Source of the DNA: a virus
Lineage: Duplodnaviria > Caudoviricetes
Virus record (IMG/VR): IMGVR_UViG_3300045999_005382
Location: 1 to 27,738 of that record
DNA length: 27,738 bases
Reading direction: 5' to 3' (one strand)
Shown: in pieces, positions 1 to 8,444 of the stretch
How positions within the stretch are numbered: position 1 is the first letter of the stretch
Layout of the letters: every line of letters starts with the position of its first letter
The notes under the pieces: generated by a model
The model's input: only the letters and a program-made list of their open reading frames with translations
What the model was told of the DNA's origin: nothing
Database searches by the model: none
Program-made: the position numbers and the translations under genes

Positions 1-44
1 GATACTGGTCCTGCGTCGCCTCTGGACTGGAGGCGGGACAATGA
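1..44 (+). CDS. 3' end of an upstream gene (partial), ending ...YWSCVASGLEAGQ*
   Basis: The frame starting at 3 is open to TGA at 42-44, which overlaps the ATG at 41 (ATGA coupling, common in this window). Confidence 0.45.
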   Translation, partial: YWSCVASGLEAGQ

Positions 45-1072
45 GTGGATTAGAGCACGCAATCGGACCAATGGGTTGGGGTGATGGCACCCTGACCGAA
101 GCGGAGATGATCCGGGTTGAGAATGAGACTTACGAACGCGCCGCCGCCGATATGCCGGTGGCGTACCGTAGCCGCCCGACCAATAACGACATCCTTCCAG
201 GGATCCGTCGTCGATGGGTCGAAGCGATGGCCCGCAAGGGCATGGCTGACAACAGCATGTGCCTCAACACGCTTGAGGAAATCACCGTAGGGCGTAAGTA
301 CAATTGGCTACCGCAGGATATTGGCTCATGCGTTGCGAGCAACACCTTCCGCGTCTGGGTTCAGCGAGCGATTGCACAGATCGCAGCAAGAGGAGACGCG
401 GAGGAGTATCTTGGCCGCGCGGAGTTTGGCGCAGATTCGATCGCCCCTTACGCGCCGCAAAGCTATGGCATGGCTCGAAAGCGTGTCAACATGCGGGGAA
501 AAGACGGGCTGTATTGCGAGCCAATGGCGGAATCTTTGATGAAAGATGGGGTGCTCGATTGCGGCACCCCGAAACTGCTGGAGATCCTGAAATCACAGAA
601 TGCTGATGGCGAGCGGATGCTGCCGGAACCGATCGGCAAACCATCGCTCTACCGTGCGTTCGGCAATTGGCAATTCATTGAAGATCTTCGCCAGTTCTGT
701 GACCACCGCCTATTGGCATCCGTCAAGATCGAATCTGTCGATCAGCACCTTGAAGCATCAAAGCAGATGAAAACTTCTTTCATGTGCTCTATGATTGCGA
801 TTCGCAAGATCGGTGACCACCCAGATGGATTCCCGATCCATGGCCGCGATCCGAATAATTTCTGGCCGCACTGCATGGGATGGAGTGGGCATTTCTATGA
901 TCGCTCCGGAAAGTTGTTCTTTATCCTCAACAACACCAGTTGGGGTGCTCGGGCGATGTATAACGTGCCAGCCGAAGAGCTTGAGCGGTGGTATAAGGCC
1001 AAGCTTCCTACTGTGATGACCCTTGAAGAGATCGACCTACCCGACTCCCCACCCTTGATCGTGATTGAATGA
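41..1072 (+). CDS. Papain-like (clan CA, C1-type) cysteine peptidase
   Basis: GGAGG RBS upstream. Motifs PQDIGSCVA (oxyanion Gln and catalytic Cys), WPHCM (His) and ILNNTSWG (variant of the papain N-S-W-G motif) occur in the correct order. Confidence 0.7.
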   Translation: MSGLEHAIGPMGWGDGTLTEAEMIRVENETYERAAADMPVAYRSRPTNNDILPGIRRRWVEAMARKGMADNSMCLNTLEEITVGRKYNWLPQDIGSCVASNTFRVWVQRAIAQIAARGDAEEYLGRAEFGADSIAPYAPQSYGMARKRVNMRGKDGLYCEPMAESLMKDGVLDCGTPKLLEILKSQNADGERMLPEPIGKPSLYRAFGNWQFIEDLRQFCDHRLLASVKIESVDQHLEASKQMKTSFMCSMIAIRKIGDHPDGFPIHGRDPNNFWPHCMGWSGHFYDRSGKLFFILNNTSWGARAMYNVPAEELERWYKAKLPTVMTLEEIDLPDSPPLIVIE

Positions 1073-1326
1073 GCAAAAGCACGATGGCAAACGAGATAGC
1101 ACTTTACGTTGGTCCCGTTGTGGCTGCGATGGCTGGGGCTGTTGCTGCATTGTGGAAGCAGCAGGAGACCAGGAACGCAAAGCAGATCGAGGACATGCGG
1201 AAGGACTTGGAGCAGTGCGCTCAGCAGTCCCACGAATGCTACGAGGATCGGCTGAAACTGAATCAATCCGTCGCTCGCTTGGAAGAGCGGGTTAACCAGT
1301 TGCACCCATCGGAAGGAGCCCGCTAA
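1069..1326 (+). CDS. Small membrane protein with one N-terminal TM helix and a coiled coil (holin-like)
   Basis: Hydrophobic stretch IALYVGPVVAAMAGAVAALW is followed by a charged heptad helix (LKLNQSVARLEERVNQL). ATGA-coupled to the peptidase gene. Confidence 0.6.
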   Translation: MSKSTMANEIALYVGPVVAAMAGAVAALWKQQETRNAKQIEDMRKDLEQCAQQSHECYEDRLKLNQSVARLEERVNQLHPSEGAR

Positions 1327-1824
1327 ATGTCCTATAGGCAACTGGTTGAAAAGCTACCTGGCTGGGAGACGATGACGGAATCTGAAGCGGTAGCAGCCGC
1401 ACTAGCCAAGAGCAAAACATACATCGATCCTGATCGCTGGTCGCTCCTTGGGATCGCATCAGTCATTGGCCAGATCAACATGCCGAGCCTGATAAATTTC
1501 CTTGAGGGAATCGGAATGGGTTGGGCTGTTGTGCAGGCTGGCGGTGCTGGCTTGCCGATCGGTGACGCGACATTGAACGCTGAACTGCGAGCGATTGGGC
1601 ACCCGCTCTTGGTTCGGATTGCCGATGCTGGACGGCGACCGGCGAGCCCGTGCGAACTTGCGGGACTGGCTGAGGATCCAAGCAGGATCGCTGAAGGCTA
1701 TCGAGTTGCAAAGCTTGGAGCCATCAAGCGGGACAAACTAGCCGCAGGTGCCGAACGCTGGAACGAGTACAATCGGGCTATGTTGCAATGGGATGGATCC
1801 GCTGAAACGGAGCCTAGCCTGTGA
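1327..1824 (+). CDS. Hypothetical protein (165 aa)
   Basis: AAGGAG RBS upstream. Abuts the previous stop and overlaps the next start (GTGA). No motif recognised. Confidence 0.75.
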   Translation: MSYRQLVEKLPGWETMTESEAVAAALAKSKTYIDPDRWSLLGIASVIGQINMPSLINFLEGIGMGWAVVQAGGAGLPIGDATLNAELRAIGHPLLVRIADAGRRPASPCELAGLAEDPSRIAEGYRVAKLGAIKRDKLAAGAERWNEYNRAMLQWDGSAETEPSL

Positions 1825-2477
1825 CCATCAGTTATATCAGCGCAGCGACCAACGCAGGCGATACCGTTACTATCGGCACGCATGCGGCAGGCGACACGAT
1901 AATCATTTGGGCATTCAATGATGGCGTGGCGACCGCCCCGTCTTTGCCGTCCGGCTGGATCAACGTATTCCCGTTGACTGGTTCGCTTACTGGTGTTCGC
2001 TTGGCGTACAAAGTCGCGCAAACATCGAGCGAGACAAGCGGTACGTGGACAAACGCAGACGGGATCATTGCCGTTGTCTACCGTCCGACCGGAAGCAATG
2101 TGCTGGTTCCCGGTTTGGGCGCTGGTAACCTAGCGACATCGACCACGGTCAACTATGCAGCAATTGCTGTCGCCAACGACCGAACCAATACAGACCAATG
2201 GATCCTTGGTTTCGCTGCGATGAGAAGCGACGCCAATGCACTGGAGACGGCACCAAGCGGGATGACCAATCGTGCGAATCTGGTTGGTACCGGCTGGGAG
2301 ATGGCGAGTCACGACACCAACGCGAACGCTTCATCGTGGGCATCGACAAACGTTTCTGTAACTAACAGCGCGACTTGGCGAACGGCTACGTGTCAGCTAT
2401 TTGAGCAGCCGTTCTACTCGGCTGGTGGCGGTGGCGGTGCGAGGATGGTAAACGTCAGAGGAGGAGCAGACCAGTGA
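1821..2477 (+). CDS. Putative virion accessory or decoration protein, beta-rich, with a C-terminal Gly5 linker
   Basis: GGAG RBS and GTG start. Thr/Ala/Ser/Trp-rich with patterns such as TAPSLPSGW, AYKVA and TAPSGMT that are typical of phage surface beta-sandwich proteins. Ends AGGGGGARMVNVRGGADQ. Confidence 0.6.
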   Translation: MTISYISAATNAGDTVTIGTHAAGDTIIIWAFNDGVATAPSLPSGWINVFPLTGSLTGVRLAYKVAQTSSETSGTWTNADGIIAVVYRPTGSNVLVPGLGAGNLATSTTVNYAAIAVANDRTNTDQWILGFAAMRSDANALETAPSGMTNRANLVGTGWEMASHDTNANASSWASTNVSVTNSATWRTATCQLFEQPFYSAGGGGGARMVNVRGGADQ

Positions 2478-4354
2478 AGATCAAACGTGGTTCAACCTCC
2501 GTCCGCCGGCTGATCTTTATCGCTGATTCGTCCAGCACCACAGGCGCGGGGCTTGCCAACCTTACGCACTCAACAAGTGGGCTTGTGGCGTACTACTACG
2601 CAGGCGACTTGTCGAACGAGGTGCAGATTACCTTAGTAACCGCAACTCTTGGCACCTTTGCTTCGGGTGGTTTCGTCGCAGTTGACAACACCAACATGCC
2701 TGGTTGGTATGAGGTCGGAATTCCCGATGCCGCTTTGGATGGAGGCAACGAGGTTTGCATCCAGTACCGCGGCGCCGCAAATATGGTTCCGGTGAACATT
2801 TACATTCAACTTGATGCAGTTGACTACCAGACCGACGCATTCGGAGCGCTGAAGCCAACCACGGCGGGACGCACGCTGGACGTTTCCGCTGGCGGTGAAG
2901 CGGGAATCGATCTTGCCAATGTCGGATCGCCAGCCACTACGCTGACCCTCAGCGGCACCACGATCAAGGCTGTCACGGATGCAGTAGCCTTGCCATCCTC
3001 GGCCAGCATCAACATAACCGGCAACATCACTGGCAATCTATCTGGATCAGTGGGCAGCGTCACTGGTTCAGTTGGGAGCGTGACAGGCAATGTTGGTGGT
3101 AATGTTGCCGGATCAGTCAACAGCGTAACAAGTCCAGTGACGGTTGGCACGAACAATGACAAGACAGGCTACGCACTGACGCAGGCGTTTCCATCGAACT
3201 TTGCCGCGCTTGGAATTACTGTTGGTGGTGCCGTTACTGTTGGGACCAACAATGACAAAACCGGCTACAGTCTGGCGGTTGCACCGCCGACGGCTGGCAC
3301 GATTGCCGACGCGGTTTGGGACGAAGCATACAACCAGCACACAACGGCTGGCACCTTCGGCAAGTTGATGGACCTACTCAGGAAAGCTAACACGGTAATA
3401 GAGGGAACCGTGACTAGTGCTACATCGCCAACAACTACCGCCTTTACCTCCGACGTAAACTACCCGACTGGGGCGTTTAAGCATGCCGTGTTGCTATGGA
3501 CTGGCGGTGCGTTGAATGAGCAAAACAGCCCGATTCTGACGTACGCCAACACCAATGGAGCGATCACGGTTGAGGAGGCTTTCACTGCGGCGCCTCAGGT
3601 TGGCGATGCGTTCATTATCATCCCAACTACGCACGTTCACAGCGTGGCGGCAATCGCTGCTGGCGTTGCTGCAACCGAGGTGATGACTGACCTCGACACG
3701 ATGATTGTCAACGACGGAACCGCCAATGCTCGCTTCTCTACATCAGCTCTCCAGAATGCTCCAACTGGTGGTGGTGGAGGTGGAACCGGCACCGGTGCAC
3801 GTACTGTGGTTGTCACCGTGACGCTCTCAGCATCGCCCGTTGAAGGTGCTAGCGTGCGTCTAACCAAAGCCGCTGAAACCTACGTTGGATCTACCAACGC
3901 GTCCGGCCAAGTCACGTTCAACGTTGACGATGGCACTTGGACAGTAGCTATCACCTCGCCCGGTGCCACCTTTGCCGGCGCTTCTCTGGTGGTAGATGAC
4001 GATGAGACCGTTAGCTACAGCTTGACCGCGATCAGCATCACGCCAAGCCCAGCGACTCAGATCACAGGCTACTACACCTGTTACAGCCACCTAGGAGTGG
4101 TCGAGGCTGGTGTATCGATCACCATGCAATTGGTCGGGCTTGCTCAGGGTTCGGTAGGCTTGGCACTGGATAACCGGCTGCGAACCGTGACCAGCGACGC
4201 AAACGGTGTTGCACAGTTCACCAACCTGTTCCCAGGGTGTCGTTACAAAGTCTATCGCGGAGCCGCTGAGAACAAAGCTTGGTACGTCAGTCTGCCTGAT
4301 ACCGTGACGGGCGACCCAGTGGAGCTGGGATCAATCTATGGCGACGATGAATAG
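2474..4354 (+). CDS. Modular virion structural or fibre-like protein (626 aa) with internal repeats and two C-terminal transthyretin/carboxypeptidase-regulatory-like beta domains
   Basis: AGGAGGAG RBS. Contains GSVGSVTG repeats, two VTVGTNNDKTGY units, IADAVWDE and a GGGGGTGTG linker. C-terminus has PVEGASVRL...STNASGQVTF and TSDANGVAQFTNLFPG. Confidence 0.7.
   Translation: MKIKRGSTSVRRLIFIADSSSTTGAGLANLTHSTSGLVAYYYAGDLSNEVQITLVTATLGTFASGGFVAVDNTNMPGWYEVGIPDAALDGGNEVCIQYRGAANMVPVNIYIQLDAVDYQTDAFGALKPTTAGRTLDVSAGGEAGIDLANVGSPATTLTLSGTTIKAVTDAVALPSSASINITGNITGNLSGSVGSVTGSVGSVTGNVGGNVAGSVNSVTSPVTVGTNNDKTGYALTQAFPSNFAALGITVGGAVTVGTNNDKTGYSLAVAPPTAGTIADAVWDEAYNQHTTAGTFGKLMDLLRKANTVIEGTVTSATSPTTTAFTSDVNYPTGAFKHAVLLWTGGALNEQNSPILTYANTNGAITVEEAFTAAPQVGDAFIIIPTTHVHSVAAIAAGVAATEVMTDLDTMIVNDGTANARFSTSALQNAPTGGGGGGTGTGARTVVVTVTLSASPVEGASVRLTKAAETYVGSTNASGQVTFNVDDGTWTVAITSPGATFAGASLVVDDDETVSYSLTAISITPSPATQITGYYTCYSHLGVVEAGVSITMQLVGLAQGSVGLALDNRLRTVTSDANGVAQFTNLFPGCRYKVYRGAAENKAWYVSLPDTVTGDPVELGSIYGDDE
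3010..3268 (+). repeat. Coding peptide repeats: (G-N/S-I/V-T/G-G/S)n tract and duplicated VTVGTNNDKTGY at 3137-3172 and 3233-3268
   Basis: The 12-aa unit is identical at protein level but synonymously diverged in DNA (gtgacggttggcacgaacaatgacaagacaggctac vs gttactgttgggaccaacaatgacaaaaccggctac). Confidence 0.85.
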
Positions 4355-6494
4355 CGACCGCAAGGACAAGCTTGCTGAGCAATATCGCGTCCACCGGGAG
4401 AAGATGGCGGAGCGGATGCGACAGCAGGCTAAAGCCGCTGCGGATATTGGCGAGATTCCGCCCGTTGGCGATCCAGTCCGCAGACAGGAGGCAATGGACA
4501 GCCTCCGCGCTTACTGCGAGATTTACCGACCATCAGCGTTTCACCTCGGTTGGTCTGATGACCACCTAAGAGTCCTTGAGCGGATCGAAACCACAGTCAA
4601 GGCTGGTGGCCTCTTCGCGATGGCGATGCCTCGAGGTAGCGGTAAAACCACGATTGCTATCACCGCTGCCACATGGGCTCTGCTCTGCGGGTTCCGTCGC
4701 TGGGTCTGTCTGGTGGGTGCCACTGAACCCAAAGCCCAGAAGCTTCTGAACGGTATCAAATCGGAGCTACGATTCAACCCGTTACTCTTGGCCGACTTCC
4801 CCGAAGTCTGCTACCCGATCGTCTTACTGGATGGCAAGCCAGCTCGGGCGAATTCGCAGACGTACCGAGGCAAGAATACCGCGATCCGCTGGCTTGCCGA
4901 TAACATCATGCTGCCGACGATCGAAGGTAGCCAGGCGTCTGGCTCGCTGGTGTCCGTCTGTGGTATCACTGGCGATATTCGAGGACAGCAGGAAACGACA
5001 CCAGATGGCGAGGTTATCCGCCCTGATTATGTGATCCTGGATGACCCGCAGACGCGGGAATCTGCCAAGAGCGGAACCCAGAACGATGATCGCTTAGCTA
5101 TCGTCAACGGCGACATTTTGGGCCTCGCTGGCCCTGGCGTAAAGATCGCTGGTGTGATGCCATGTACAGTCATTCAGCGTGGCGACATGGCGGACCAATC
5201 GCTAGACCGTCAGGTGTCACCTGAGTGGCACGGCGAGAGAACGCAGCTGCTCTATGGTATGCCCGAAAAGATGGATCTTTGGCAGCGGTATCAGGAGATC
5301 CGGGAAGCGTGCTTCCGTAACGGCACCGATACCACTGAGGCCACAGAATTCTATCGTGACCACCGGGAGGAAATGGACAAGGGGGCCAAAGCAGCATGGA
5401 AAGATCGTTTCAACGAGGATGAGCTATCCGCGATCCAAAACGCAATGAATCTCTATTTCCGAGATGAGGGTGCATTTTTCGCGGAATATCAAAATCAGCC
5501 GATGGAATTGCGGGCTGATGATACGATGCTCAGCGAAACCGCCTTAGCTAAGCGGATGGGACACACACCCAAGGGGATCGCACCAGCGAATACCACCAAG
5601 ATTGTCGCAATGGTTGACGTTCAGCAAGAGATCCTTTTCTACGCTGTGACCGCCTGGCGTCACGATATGACCGGGACTGTGATCGAGTACGGAGCCTGGC
5701 CAAATCAGCGAACGACGAATTTCCGAATGACTGGCGTGAGAAACAATTTCACGAAGCAGTTCCCCGGCGAGTCATTGGAATCGAAGATTGCCAAAGCACT
5801 GGCAGCAATCGAGAAGGATCTATTCAGCCGCATCTGGAAGACTGAGGACGGGCTGGAACTTGCCATCAATCGCATGCTCATCGATGCCAACTGGGGGCTG
5901 TCGCGTAACATCGTCTACCAGCATTGCCAGCGATCAACCCACAAAGGGTCGATCTACCCTAGCCACGGTAAGGGGATCGGTGCTTCGAACGAGCCATTGA
6001 ACGCTAACCACACCCGCAGGCTTGGGAGGGCTGTTGGTCAGCATTGGCGAATCGATCGAGCAAAGGACAGCCCAATCAGGCACGTTCTATTTGATGCCAA
6101 CTGGTGGAAATCGTTCCTTCATTCCCGCCTATCCACCGAACCAGGTACACCTGGCAGTCTCACGCTGTACCAGGCGAGCGGGATCGAGCATGAAACCATA
6201 GCCAAGCACCTACGCGCAGAGTTCCCTGTTAGGACTGAGGGACGCGGCCGTACTGTCGATGAGTGGAAAATCAAAGCAGACAGGCCTGACAACCACTGGT
6301 TGGATTGCCTGGTCGGGTGTTGCGTAGCCGCCTCGGTGGAGGGTTGCAGATTGCCCAGCGATGCAGGGCCGAGGCGGAGGCGATCAGCCGCACAGATGCC
6401 ACAGGTGACCACAGGCGAGCAGCCACTGGCCACCCAGCAGCCACAGCAGGAAGCACCAAGGAAGCGACATCGAGGGAGCGTTGACTACCTATGA
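4338..6494 (+). CDS. terL: Terminase large subunit (gpA-like C-terminal nuclease); alternative start at 4347
   Basis: Walker A AMPRGSGKTT, Walker B YVILDDPQT, nuclease motifs MVDVQ, LIDANWG and PDNHWLDC. Located before gpW and portal. Confidence 0.92.
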   Translation: MATMNSDRKDKLAEQYRVHREKMAERMRQQAKAAADIGEIPPVGDPVRRQEAMDSLRAYCEIYRPSAFHLGWSDDHLRVLERIETTVKAGGLFAMAMPRGSGKTTIAITAATWALLCGFRRWVCLVGATEPKAQKLLNGIKSELRFNPLLLADFPEVCYPIVLLDGKPARANSQTYRGKNTAIRWLADNIMLPTIEGSQASGSLVSVCGITGDIRGQQETTPDGEVIRPDYVILDDPQTRESAKSGTQNDDRLAIVNGDILGLAGPGVKIAGVMPCTVIQRGDMADQSLDRQVSPEWHGERTQLLYGMPEKMDLWQRYQEIREACFRNGTDTTEATEFYRDHREEMDKGAKAAWKDRFNEDELSAIQNAMNLYFRDEGAFFAEYQNQPMELRADDTMLSETALAKRMGHTPKGIAPANTTKIVAMVDVQQEILFYAVTAWRHDMTGTVIEYGAWPNQRTTNFRMTGVRNNFTKQFPGESLESKIAKALAAIEKDLFSRIWKTEDGLELAINRMLIDANWGLSRNIVYQHCQRSTHKGSIYPSHGKGIGASNEPLNANHTRRLGRAVGQHWRIDRAKDSPIRHVLFDANWWKSFLHSRLSTEPGTPGSLTLYQASGIEHETIAKHLRAEFPVRTEGRGRTVDEWKIKADRPDNHWLDCLVGCCVAASVEGCRLPSDAGPRRRRSAAQMPQVTTGEQPLATQQPQQEAPRKRHRGSVDYL

Positions 6495-6706
6495 ACCAAC
6501 CACGCAAGAAGCCACCAACCGTTTCCTACGAAGTCCCTTGCTGCCCGCATTGCGGAAAGTGTGGCGGGCTACTAAAGCAGCAGGGAGCCCATTATCACGC
6601 CACTTACCCTGAACTGAATCAGGAGATTAGGCGTTTCCGGGTGAGTTGCAAATTCTGCAACCAGCCATCTATTCTGCGGGAAGTTGGTCCAATCTATCCA
6701 AAATAG
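6491..6706 (+). CDS. Small Zn-ribbon protein (CPHC...CKFC)
   Basis: Two CxxC pairs and an RRFRVSCKFC motif reminiscent of Ogr/Delta-type Zn fingers. ATGA-coupled to terL. Confidence 0.7.
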   Translation: MNQPRKKPPTVSYEVPCCPHCGKCGGLLKQQGAHYHATYPELNQEIRRFRVSCKFCNQPSILREVGPIYPK

Positions 6707-6725
6707 TCAGAATCTGTTAGGTAAC

Positions 6726-6761
6726 TCGGGCGAAAATCGCCTGAATTCTGCTTTTATGTTT
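6726..6761 (+). terminator. Hairpin followed by an imperfect T-rich tract: possible weak intrinsic terminator or regulatory site
   Basis: TCGGGCGA-AAA-TCGCCTGA (6726-6744) forms an 8-bp stem with one G-U pair, followed by ATTCTGCTTTTATGTTT. It lies in the largest intergenic gap of the window. Confidence 0.4.
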
Positions 6762-6763
6762 GC

Positions 6764-7009
6764 ATGAGCAACGCAGACTTTTCTGAGCGTAATCGCAAAT
6801 TGGAATTCGCCAAGCAGATGGTAGAGGTTCTGGAGGAGCAATTGGCCTCCAGTGCTCTTGTCATTCGCTTGAGCGTTGATGGCACCTACGTCGAATTTGA
6901 TCGACCGAACGCCATGAAAGAACTGCAACGCTGGCGGAAGGAAGTCACCCGCTATAGCCGCACCAGATCGCGGATGAGCAACTTTAATCTAGGAAACTCC
7001 CATGATTAA
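6764..7009 (+). CDS. Head-tail joining protein, lambda gpW-like
   Basis: 81 aa helix-hairpin-helix pattern (LEEQL...LSVDGTYVEF...ELQRWRKEV). Located immediately before a lambda-type portal. Confidence 0.7.
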   Translation: MSNADFSERNRKLEFAKQMVEVLEEQLASSALVIRLSVDGTYVEFDRPNAMKELQRWRKEVTRYSRTRSRMSNFNLGNSHD

Positions 7010-8444
7010 AGAGGCACGCAGCGCCGCAACAAACTGGCTTTCACGTTTCGGGCGGTACATCGCAGCCGAACCGAACCAGCAGCGTCGCGATCCAGGAACG
7101 CGGATCCAGTCTAGTGATGCGTTGCTAGATTCGCAGAAGCGACGCAGGGTTATCGAGGGTGCGCGGGAGCTAAACCGAAATTTCAGTGTAGCGGCATGGG
7201 CGATCCGCAAGCACCTAGATTACGTTTCGACATTCACATTTCAGGCTAACACTGACGACCCAGTTTTCAATGAGCGCTTAGAGGCGCTCATGAACTGGTA
7301 CAACAGGCCCATCAATTGCGACATTGCTGGCCGTCACTCGCTACGCCGCATGGTTCGCCTGGCTGAGATGCGACGGGTTCTAGATGGCGACGTGTTTCTA
7401 GTCAAGCTGCGTGATGGCAGGCTTCAGGCGATTGAGGGCGATCGAGTCCGCTCACCAGATAACCGCGTCGACCCGATGTACAACTGGGTGCACGGTATCA
7501 AGGTAGGTGCTGGCGGATCGATGAATCGTGTTGCGGTGTGGTCGCGTTCTTTGGACGGCCAGTACAGCTTTGAAAGGGACATCAGCGCTGGCAACGTAAT
7601 TCAGCTTGCCTACTTCGACTCCTTCGATCAGGTGCGTGGTGTAAGCCCGCTTACATCCGCGATCGCATCATTTCAGGACAGCTTGGAAGTTACTGACTAC
7701 GCACGGGCCAAAGCGAAGATAACCCAACTCTTCGCCCTCGCCATTACCCGCGAAATGGCAGACGATGACGCGGAGCTATATGGTGATGAATACAAAGTTG
7801 ACCTTGGCCGTGGTCCCGTCAAGCTTGAGCTAGATCCAGGTGATAAGGCTGAGTTCCTTGAGTCACGCCACCCATCAACAGAGTTTCAGGCGTTCTTGAC
7901 GCTTAGCCTACAAGCAGCACTCAAAAGCCTGGATATTCCTTGGTCGTTCTACGATGAAGCGTACACGAACTTCTTTGGTTCCCGCGCTGCTCTTATCCAG
8001 TATCAGCAGGCTTGCAAATCGAAGCGAGAAGATTTGAAAGAGATGCTCGACCGCATCACCGTCTGGAAGATCCAGCAATGGATGGCTGCGGGGATTCTTT
8101 CGATGCCTGCGGGAGTACAGCAGATCGATCAAATCTATTGGGACTGGATCCCTGCGGGTGTGCCTTATTGGAATCCAGAGCAAGAAATCACAGGCGACCT
8201 GATGGCCGTCGAAGGCAAACTACGAACTCGCTCAGAGATCCGCCGGGAGAAGTACGGCGACGACTGGCGGGATGTGGTGCGCAAGCTTGCCGAGGAGCGG
8301 GATTACCTAACGCAATACGGCTTCGACGAATCGACCGAAGGGCTGGTTACTGTCCCTGTCATGGCTGAGCCTGACGTCCCGGAAGAGACCACCGAAAGCG
8401 AAGGAGAAGACAATGGGCAACAGCCGCCTAACGATGTTTCGTAG
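7002..8444 (+). CDS. Portal protein, lambda family
   Basis: Motifs ARELNRN, DGDVF, LQAIEGDRV, QVRGVSPL, SRAAL and YWNPEQE, plus an acidic tail, match lambda gpB-type portals. Confidence 0.92.
   Translation: MIKEARSAATNWLSRFGRYIAAEPNQQRRDPGTRIQSSDALLDSQKRRRVIEGARELNRNFSVAAWAIRKHLDYVSTFTFQANTDDPVFNERLEALMNWYNRPINCDIAGRHSLRRMVRLAEMRRVLDGDVFLVKLRDGRLQAIEGDRVRSPDNRVDPMYNWVHGIKVGAGGSMNRVAVWSRSLDGQYSFERDISAGNVIQLAYFDSFDQVRGVSPLTSAIASFQDSLEVTDYARAKAKITQLFALAITREMADDDAELYGDEYKVDLGRGPVKLELDPGDKAEFLESRHPSTEFQAFLTLSLQAALKSLDIPWSFYDEAYTNFFGSRAALIQYQQACKSKREDLKEMLDRITVWKIQQWMAAGILSMPAGVQQIDQIYWDWIPAGVPYWNPEQEITGDLMAVEGKLRTRSEIRREKYGDDWRDVVRKLAEERDYLTQYGFDESTEGLVTVPVMAEPDVPEETTESEGEDNGQQPPNDVS

Noticed and set aside
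2446-2477. Ubiquitin-like C-terminal VRGG|ADQ in the 218-aa protein, near a papain-like peptidase
   Set aside because: The RGGA codons (AGAGGAGGAG) are the Shine-Dalgarno sequence for the next gene's GTG at 2474, which explains them. No beta-grasp fold is evident.
1562-4815. Gap in CGATCG sites suggesting a foreign module
   Set aside because: With about 38 sites, a longest gap of around 3 kb is not clearly beyond chance. The Thr/Gly-rich protein composition could also explain it.
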